This document shows positions 10,129-18,577 of a DNA stretch of 32,000 nt, piece by piece. A program made the translations under genes and the position numbers. Each line of letters starts with the position of its first letter. Positions within the stretch are counted from its first letter, which is position 1. Origin of the DNA: Wallemia ichthyophaga EXF-994 (taxonomy: Eukaryota; Fungi; Basidiomycota); contig NW_008806290.1 in NCBI RefSeq assembly GCF_000400465.1, forward strand, positions 30,001-62,000. The letters are read 5' to 3'. A model generated the notes under the pieces. That model saw only the letters and a program-made list of their open reading frames with translations. It did no database searches and was not told the DNA's origin.

Positions 10129-12489
10129 TCATGTCGCGGTTGATGCTGTGGGTGCTGGTGCAGGGTGGTGTACTTTGTAATTTCCTTTTCCATTGCTATT
10201 TCCATTTCCACTTCCATTTCCTTTCCTTTTGTTCTTTTTGTGCTTGTGGTCATCAGGACCAGGCAGAGCGTGAGCAGTGTCCCTGACTAGATAGCTGGGT
10301 TAGTTGAGCACAGTTTGCATAGAGCAAAATGCTCACTATGGTTGAATAACTTTGTTCGTGAACCGAAGGGTTCGTGACAGACATTACAGTACTAGGGGAG
10401 AAGAACGTGCAAGTCAGATACACTAAACCCCTAACAGTATATCATAAACTCACTAGCGTAATCGGTACAGCATTCTCTAGTGCTCGTTTGGCAGCTTCGC
10501 GTGCTCTACGTTTTTCCTTTTTGGTGCGCTGAGGCTTTGCGTCGGGTATGTAAAGAGGTTTCTTCACTACAACCGGAGAGTCTCTACCATCCGAGTCGTC
10601 GTCTTGAGTGGGCTGTTGGGATTGTGTGGGTTGATTGGCTTGTGTTGCTTGCCCATTTTGGTTGTGATCCACTTGCAAGTCATTAACTTGAGAGACAATT
10701 TGCTCGTCAATCTCTTCGTTTATTTTTTTCTCTTCGTAGTCTACGCTTCCAAGGTCGGAGGTGTGTGTAGTGTCAGTCTCAGTGTGAGATTCACTTTCAA
10801 GATGATGGAGTTGATGCGCTTGGTGTGATTGATCTACTTGATCGTCCAATTCACGCTCAATATCATGCTCTTTCTCAGTCTGGTTAATCAAATTATCCAC
10901 TTTTGTTTCCACATTGTTACTGAGTGTTGGGGTAGACTCTCCAGGTGTACCCATAGTACTACTGGCAGCGTCCTGCACATGATCGTGTTCTTGCAGACTG
11001 CTCTCATTGAGACTATGTCCACTGCCATTCTTTGCCAGTTGACGTTCTTCGCGTTCGAGATGTTTGCGCAAGCTATAATTATTGTTAGTTTTTTAAGTAA
11101 TATCAAAACCCCAAAACTACCTACATTTTTACAGTCTGTAAGTGTTTTTTACTCTTTTCATGATTTTGGAATGATTTCTCCGAATTAAAGTTCTTGTCAC
11201 ATGCAAAGCAATGTAGTCTTTCCATCTCTTGTAACTCCTCAGCTTCCTCAAGAGCGATATTTTGTGGTGAGACCTGTTGCCAAGACTGTTCGACAAAATT
11301 CTGAGCAACCTGATTACGTTCCTTTTTGCGCCACTCATTAGCTTCGCTTCTTCTGGTTTGTGCGGCGTGAGGGGAGTTATATTGAGCTTGCTTCTTAGCG
11401 TAATTGCGATATCTCGGATCTCTCTTTCTGATGAAAAAGGTTAGTTGACGGATGGTATCGTTGTACTCCTTCCTCGCTTCTTCGCGTGCTGCTTTATTCT
11501 CTTTCTCCATTATACGTCTCACTCGTCTATCCTGAGCATCGCGCAGATGCCATAAATCACGCCAAGCGAAAGATTTGCGTGAGGAGAATGCACCAAAAAG
11601 GGCGTAGAAATCTCTAGGCGTGCTCTCGAAAGGTGTGTTTTCATTCCCGAAAGCTGGATAATCTGGACACGGTCCGCTATCTTCACCCAAGTCATAAGGT
11701 GCTGCTGTAGACTCTTCCTCAGAAAGACGAGCGTAGAGTGCACCAACGATGGTGTAGAAGCCCTGCGAATGATGTCAGCAGATGTGTGTAGCGGAAATGA
11801 GCTAAGTTGTAGGTGTACCTTGGATGAACTATCATAACCATGCCAAAGCTTTGGATTGAAGAAGCGGATGAGCTGTCTGGTGGTAATGCCAGGATCTTTT
11901 GTGAGACGAGACTTGGTATTGCGTCCATTGAGCATATCTTCAAACGCAGCTGCATCATCCTCTTCACCTGGGCAAGGATAAGCGGGTGTATAGGCGTTAT
12001 AAACAAACGCACCGGCTTCATCTGTAGTGTGGATATTCTGATCATACCAAGCGCGTTCTTGATCGTCGCTGGGATAACGGTTTAGGTAGGTGGAAGGGGG
12101 AGTTGGTCGACATACGATAGAGTCTCATAAGCTTCTTGTAAGCGTGAGAATTTCTGGTTGGCCGATTCAACATTCAAAGGATTCTTGTCAGGGTGATCTG
12201 TCAATCAATACCAAATCAGTAAGTGACGATAACGAGGTTTATCGCAGACGAACGAATCAGGGCGAGTTTTCTGAAGGATTTCTTTGGGAGATTAGACAGC
12301 CAATCAAGTGGTTTTGATTACTCACTTTGATATCTTCAGCTGTTGCATCTTGTGATATACCAAGCAGCTGATAGAACTGAGTTGGTGTAAGGAATAGAAT
12401 ATCATCAATTGAATAAACCAACTAACATCCTTATTATCATCATCATCGTTATTGCTATTGTTCACCGTTGCACTCTGTCTATTTCCCAT
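10129..12489 (-). CDS. JJJ1: J-domain + C2H2 zinc-finger co-chaperone (Jjj1/DNAJC21), multi-exon
   Basis: Spliced: MGNRQS...KD|FYQLLGISQDATAEDIK|KSFRKLAL.|HPDKN...QEAYETL|SDDQERAWYD, AREEARKEYNDTIRQLTFFIRKRDPRY, zinc finger CFACDKNFNSEKSFQNHEKSKKH, and a second finger YCNVCHEPFGSRTKLFNH|IRDTAH. Stop TGA 10131-10129. Confidence 0.9.
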
Positions 12490-12519
12490 TTAATTCAACT
12501 TTGTTTAGTTACCGTGGTG

Positions 12520-13028
12520 ATGGCTGCAGTTGAAGAAAATTATAAAACTACAATTGGTAGAGTTGGTCATCCCAAAGGCAGTGGTCAATTCACTGTACAA
12601 GTTCCTTGTTCCGTCGTTGCTCACGGTGGCACCGGCATCACTGATATTCTCGTCCAACTCGGCAAAAGTATGAGCAGTTCAAGGAAGACAAAGACTTGGG
12701 TTAAGAGGGGCTCTTACTGCTACTTGAGTCTCTTCAACGATCCTAAAACAAAGGTTATGGCTGAGATGACTCAGGTCATTTCTTCCGCTGAAGAGAAATC
12801 TCTAAGAAAGTCTGATATTTGGTGTGTATTTGGTGAATATGTCTTTACCCCTCTTATCGAATATACAGGCCAAAAGAGTTCGCTATAGGACATACTGATG
12901 TTACGAGCGACAACCAAAGCAAACAAGACAACCAAGATAGCCAAGATAACCAAGACAGCGACCTCTTCGTCAACCCAAATAGAAGAGTTGTCGTCGAGGA
13001 ATCAGATAGCGATGAAGAAAGCGATTAA
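12520..13028 (+). CDS. EIF1AD: eIF1A-domain (S1/OB-fold) RNA-binding protein, 2 exons
   Basis: GRVGHPKGSGQFTV...KTWVKRGSYC...LRKSDIW|PKEF...DLFVNPNRR plus an acidic tail, matching the EIF1AD pattern (W.KRG, WP..F, LF.N.NR). The start codon is uncertain. Confidence 0.75.
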
Positions 13029-13053
13029 TCAATGTATAAATAAAGTCATTTTC

Positions 13054-14415
13054 TTACTTTGTATTACTATCACCTTCAAATACCAAAGCTGTACCATCAT
13101 CCGAGCCTGATATTATTCTACTGCCATCACTTGAAACTGCAATACTCAATACGGGTTCTGAATGACCCTCCAATTCTTTGCAAAGTGTACCTGTACGTGC
13201 ATCGAATATGCGTACTTTATGATCAACTGAACCAACAGTAAAGAAAGGAGACTGTTTTTGGAATTCTAAAACTGTGACAGGTTCCTCTATAGTTATTGTA
13301 TTACGAACACGCATAGTTGTTAAATCAATCACGTTGATAACACCATCTGTACCACCAGTGACAACAACTCCAGCAGGACCTTGACCAGCAGCACCTTCAG
13401 GTAAAAATGAGATAGCTTCAATAGATTCACCTTCCTTGTGGCATTCGAAACTACCTACAACTTGACCATTTGCTAGGTTAACAGCTCTCACACCACCTGC
13501 AGCACCACCTGCGACTGCAATTGTACCTGCAGGGTTCACTGACATGGCAGTTATACCACCATCGAGGTTAAAACGAGCATCATTTCCAGTAATCTTTGTT
13601 ATTGGTGTTGCTTCTGTTGGTGACCACATGATGAGTGAGCCATCTGAAGAAGCAGAAACGATAGATTTCCCATCTGGGGTGAATCTACCACAGGTGACCA
13701 TCTCGGTGTGCCCAGAGAATACGTTCATATTGTCACCTTTTGGTAATTTCCACATCCAAATGGTCGAATCTGCACAACCAGTGAGTAAAACGTTACCTCT
13801 TGGATGCCAATCAATCCACTATAGATAATTTAGTTGGGTAAATGACTAAATAGGTTAAAACTAACCGTGCATTCATCACCAAGTTGTAAATCAACCTTCA
13901 AAGACCAATCTGAGGAATCCCAGATCTTAACAAATCCATCCATACCACCTGTAGCTAACAACTGACCATCACTTGAGAATGCAGTTGAAGTTACTGAATC
14001 GGTGTGTCCTTCCAAGACGGCAATAGCGTGTTCTCCGTCGGTTATAGACCAAATATGAGCCTTATCGTCACCACCACCACTAGCAACGATATCAGGGTTG
14101 ATTGGGTGTATGGATAGAGCGTAAACAGGTTCCTTGTGATTAAAGAATCCTTGAATGGAATCATCTTTTGCGTTAATCATGTCCAATTTCTGTTTCTTCT
14201 TTAGAAAAGCGTGGAGGGAACAACGATGATAAACTCACAGCCTGTTGATCTTCCATGTCACCTTGAACATCCCCATCTCCATCAACATCCCCTTCAACAT
14301 CCCCTTCATCATCGTCCATTGGTTCACCCGTATCCTCAACATCTTCTTCAAGCATTTCATCTTTATTCAGGTAGATATCTTGAGATTCTTGAATATCTGG
14401 TGTATCCCCACTCAT
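13054..14415 (-). CDS. SQT1: WD40-repeat ribosome assembly chaperone Sqt1/AAMP, 3 exons
   Basis: Acidic N-terminus followed by DDSIQGFFNHKEPVYA, VASGGGDDKAHIW, GHTDSVTSTAFSSDGQLLATGGMDG, WHPRG...LTGCADSTIWMWKLP, GHSEPVL...ISGSDDGTALVF. The true ATG is 14415; the ORF track start at 14433 is a TTG. Confidence 0.88.
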
Positions 14416-14488
14416 ACTGTAATAATATTCCAATGATGATCGTTCTGGTTCAACCCAGCACTATTCTCCTTGGTCTCGTTCCACCAAG

Positions 14489-17350
14489 ATGCCACCACCA
14501 AAATCATCGCAGCTCGGAAACAAAGAAATTTCTTTGTTCAGGCAGTTACTTGTGGGTATATGGCGATTAAAGGAGTATTGGGATATTTTTAACAGCTCAA
14601 TCAAAGCAACTCCACGATGAAAGGCAATACAAGAAAGGCGTTAAAACCGCTGATTCCATCCTGAAGAAGAATCCTGAACACGGCGGTTAGTTTCTCTCTG
14701 TCTTTTTTATCTCCTTCCTCACCGATACACGACAGAAACGCTTGCAATGAAAGGGTTGATTCTTTACAATATGGGCGAGAAAGATAATGGTTTGGAATAC
14801 GTGAGAAGAGGCGTTAGATTAAGCCTCACCTCACACATCGTTTGGCATGTTTTTGGTATCATTCAGCGCCAGGAACACAAATACGAAGATGCGCTTAAAT
14901 CTTACACTCAAGCTTTGCGTCATGATTCTGAGAATGTTGCTTTGATTAGGGATGTTTGCACCCTATCCACTCACCTTCGTCAATTCCAACCTTTGGTGGA
15001 ACAACGCCTCTTCTTGCTTAAAACTCGTCCTTCTATGCGTACTCAATGGGTTAGCGCTGCTGTGGCTTTAGATTTGGCTGGTCATCACGATAAAGCGCTT
15101 AGAATCCTCTCTGACTTTGAATCTACTCTCACTGACCTTGAAAATGCTGATAGCTCTCTCAAATATGAAATGAGCGAGGTTTTCCTCTATCACATCTCTA
15201 TTCTTGAGAAATCTGGCTTGTTTCAACAGGCTATTGATCTACTTGTCGAGCGTCAACCTAATATATGTGATATCGTCGCTTGGAGAGAGTCTCACGCACG
15301 CTTCTTGACTCTCCTCAACAAACCCGATGAAGCTGCAGATGCTTGGAGACTGCTCATTCAGAGCAACCCCGAAAACAGAGCTTACTATATCGGTTTCTTC
15401 AAAACAAAAGGTATCGATTTCACTCAAAACCTCAGCGAGCAAGACAAATCTTCAGCACTCAAAACACTCACCCTCTTCCTCGAACAATTCCCAAAGGCTG
15501 GTGTTATCCAGAGACTCAGATTAGACCTCGCAACCCACAATGCTTTCAGGGATATTGCTCACGAATACCTCACCACAAGAATCACAAAGGGTGTTCCTTC
15601 TCTTTTTGTAGACATCAAAGCGCTCTATGGCGACATTGAAAAGCAGCAAATCCTCGGTGATTTGGCTGAGGGATACCGCACCGAGCTTGAGAAGTCGTGC
15701 AAGTTCACCTCTACAGATGGTGAGTTATAGCGTTTGTTCTAGCGCACAATCTAATACCAACAGACAAAATCCAGCCAACGACTTCATACATCTGGACTCT
15801 CTACTACCTCTCCCAACACTACTCGCAAATTCGCCAATATGAAAAATCACTGCAAGTAGTCAAAGTGGCTATAGAGCATACACCAACACTGCCGGAACTT
15901 TACCTCGCACAGGGCCGTACGCTGAAAAGATTGGGATGTCAATCCGAAGCCACTGAAGCAGTAGAGATAGCCAGGGAGCTCGATGGACAAGACAGATTCC
16001 TCAACTGCAAATCGGCCAAGTACATGATACGCAATGGGGAGATAGAGCAAGCGGAGCAAATCCTCAGTCTCTTTACTCGTAAAGCAGCTCCGACATCTGC
16101 GGCGGATTTGTGCGACATGGAAGCTATATGGTTCATGCGCGAAGAAGCCAAGGCGTACAGCAAAAAGGGCGAGTATGGTATGGCTCTTAAGCGCCTCCAT
16201 CAGCTTTTCGACACTTTCAATACCTGGGAAGAAGACCAGTACGATTTCCACATATACTGCTTGAGGAAATACACTATCAGATCTTATCTCACTGCTCTCG
16301 AGCTGGAGGATGAGTTGAGGGAGGATAGAAATTACGTCGATTCTGCAATCGAGGCTGCTTCAATGTATATGAAGTTACACGATGACCCACGTATAGTTGA
16401 GCAAATCACCAACCCGCAGGGTGTGTACGGGTAGCCTATGCGTGCTAGTACTGACTCAGCACAGCAGATGACCAGCAAGATAAAAAGGCGCAGAAGAAGG
16501 CCAAGAAAGATAAGGAAAAGGCAGCAGCGCAGCAAAAAGCCAAGGGGAAGGACGGTAAAGATGCAGATGGTCTGCCAGCACCCGCCGAAGACAAGGATCC
16601 ACACGGCCATGGGATCATCAAGACGGAAGAGCCACTGGAAGCTGCGGCTAGAATTCTCGCTCCACTTTCCGCCACGAAACGCAAACGTATCGATCTCCAT
16701 CACGTCCAATTCGAAGTGGCTCTGAGGAGAGCGAAGTACGCTCAGGCGATGCGCGCGCTCAACAGTACCAGAGCGCTCGACCCTCACTGTGGAATGCTTC
16801 ATGTGCAGTCGTTGAAATTGAAGCTAGCTAGTGAGCGGATACACACACATATATAAATACGCTGACACATTCGCTAGTGGATGCAGAGAAGCAGAAGGAG
16901 GAAGAGGGTGATGAGATCATGCAAGCCCTGCACGAGGCTATGCACACCCTCATCCCAGCTGACGCCAACCTTGAAAGCTGGAATGCTGACTACTTGCAGC
17001 ATCACTCCCTCCACCCTACCAGGGTACTGGGCGCTGCTGAGGCTATAATCCTCATTCGTGGTCAAGGTAGTGCAAGAGATGCAGTCAACATTGTCATGAA
17101 CGTCGGGAAAGGGAGTGTCGATGCTCAATCTCAATCTCACCCTCTCGACGTCCCCTCGGCTACTCGTATGATGCTGTTCGTCGCTCATCACCAACCCGAC
17201 CGCGTCGAAGAATTGCGCTGCCTCCTCAATACTCGCTTTCCACATCAAGACTCCTTCAAGAGTGAACAACAGCTAGCGGAGCAGAAAAAAGCTATAGAGG
17301 CATCCCGCTTGGAGAGATCCATGGCTGAAGTGGACCTGAGTGCTAAGTAA
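14489..17350 (+). CDS. NAT1: NatA N-terminal acetyltransferase auxiliary subunit (Nat1/NAA15), multi-exon
   Basis: Spliced start MPPPKSSQLGNKEISLFRQLL|QLHDERQYKKGVKTADSILKKNPEHG|ETLAMKGL, then HIVWHVFGI, GVPSLFVDIKALY, HTPTLPELY, LDGQDRFLNCKSAKY and EEDQYDFHIYCLRK, which are hallmark NAA15 TPR motifs. Stop TAA 17348-17350. Confidence 0.95.
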
Positions 17351-18184
17351 CCGGTTTGTAACAGGTTCTTTTACAGGTGTGGTGCATTGCATTTTCATTT
17401 TAATTATTTTTTATGTTTGACTGTGTTGTGAGGGCAGTGTGCGAGTATTTTGCATATCGAATGTCATATGTTGCTGTGTTTGTCCTTCATTCTCAATCTC
17501 AATCTCAACCCAACCCAACCCTCGCAGCACTTTCTGTCTAATCGTCACCTTGTCTTGCCTTCCTCCCTAATTCGCCCAGCAGGTAGTATTCGCAGTTGCG
17601 TCTAAGGACAGCTAAAGGAGTGTTTATAGGTTTTGACACATCTTCTAATCCTCATTGTTACGACTTTTCCTTAAACTAGCTGATAGTTCAATTTGGATGA
17701 TGGCGTCAAGATGCATTTATGGGATGACAGGGCGCTTTAAATACATTTTTTTTTGTACTATCAAGGGCTTATAACAGTACTAAGCATTCGATTTTATCAA
17801 ATCTGCTCAAGATATCCTGCAAATGACCAAGAAAGGGTGACTTGAGAGTCCTACTGAATATGTTGCGCTACTCTCGATCTTATTCATCTCCCAATCAAAT
17901 TGATTCTGCTCAACTCAAACCGCAATTGGTTGAGCATTCACGGAATTTGTATAATACCAACATCCAAATCTTCAAAGATGCTAAATCACTCCGATACACC
18001 TTTAAAGCCACCATAGAAAGAGTATCGAGCTACTTGATTTTCACAGATTTCATCAGTCAAAGCTATATAATAACTTTATGTACGCCGTTATCTGCCTGAC
18101 TAGGAACGAGGGTAACCAGGTTCATGAAACATAACAAACAGAAAGCGCGAGCCACATATTCCTCTTTTACTTGTAGAAGGTAGC

Positions 18185-18192
18185 AAAAAAAA
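18185..18192 (-). terminator. RNA polymerase III oligo-T terminator (T8)
   Basis: Eight T on the minus strand begin 8 nt after A37 of the tRNA 5' half. Confidence 0.8.
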
Positions 18193-18199
18193 GAAGTCT

Positions 18200-18276
18200 T
18201 ACGAGTCAGGCGCTCTAACCCCTGAGCTAAAAGCGCTTTATGCGCCTTCGCGGATTTGAACCGCGGACCTCCTGAT
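18200..18276 (-). tRNA. tRNA-Thr(CGU), circularly permuted gene (3' half 18276-18241, linker TAAA 18240-18237, 5' half 18236-18200)
   Basis: Rejoining gives a 73-nt cloverleaf: GCGCTTT TA GCTC AGGGGTTA GAGC G CCTGA CTCGTA|A TCAGG AGGTC CGCGG TTCAAAT CCGCG AAGGCGC A. The acceptor stem has 7 bp (one G-U), the D stem 4 bp, the anticodon stem 5 bp and the T stem 5 bp; the anticodon is CGT. Confidence 0.93.
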
Positions 18277-18294
18277 ATCGGCTGCTGAACGTTA

Positions 18295-18345
18295 CCGTTG
18301 CGACAGGACTTCTTGACGGAGTATTACACGTAGATTAAATAATAT
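18295..18345 (-). promoter_or_regulatory. Candidate Pol III promoter elements upstream of the permuted tRNA: AT-rich/TATA-like tract 18345-18334 and A-box-like TGTCGCAACGG 18305-18295
   Basis: TGTCGCAACGG(TA) fits the A-box pattern TRGCNNARYGG at all but one position and ends about 32 nt before the B-box GGTTCAAATCC (18262-18252). ATATTATTTAAT lies further upstream. Function is inferred. Confidence 0.45.
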
Positions 18346-18577
18346 GCACCGATGTGTTTTAGTAACGTCATTCCCGCATCAAGCTTCATTGGTTAATGGG
18401 CACAAACGAGTAAAGTGTGAAACATGATAGAATGCAAATGTCAGCGTGCTTCTGATAATGATGGCTTAGTTGAAATAGCGAGCTGTCGATATTTCGTAAG
18501 TGGGCTGATCCTAGCAAAAGTCGAAATCAGGCGACGATCGCACCTGTACTTAAACCGCGAAGAGAGAATAAATCAGA

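Noticed and set aside
12925-12960. 9-bp-period tripeptide repeats (QDN/QDS in EIF1AD, QES in SREBP, GSV in the kelch protein, NG-rich JJJ1 tail)
   Set aside because: This is ordinary slippage-derived low complexity in disordered regions.
18150-18420. Reading the tRNA halves as two ordinary tandem, intron-containing tRNA genes
   Set aside because: There is no upstream 5' half able to pair with AAGGCGC and no downstream 3' half. A T8 terminator follows the 5' half directly, and the upstream TGTCGCAACGGTA segment forms no D stem.
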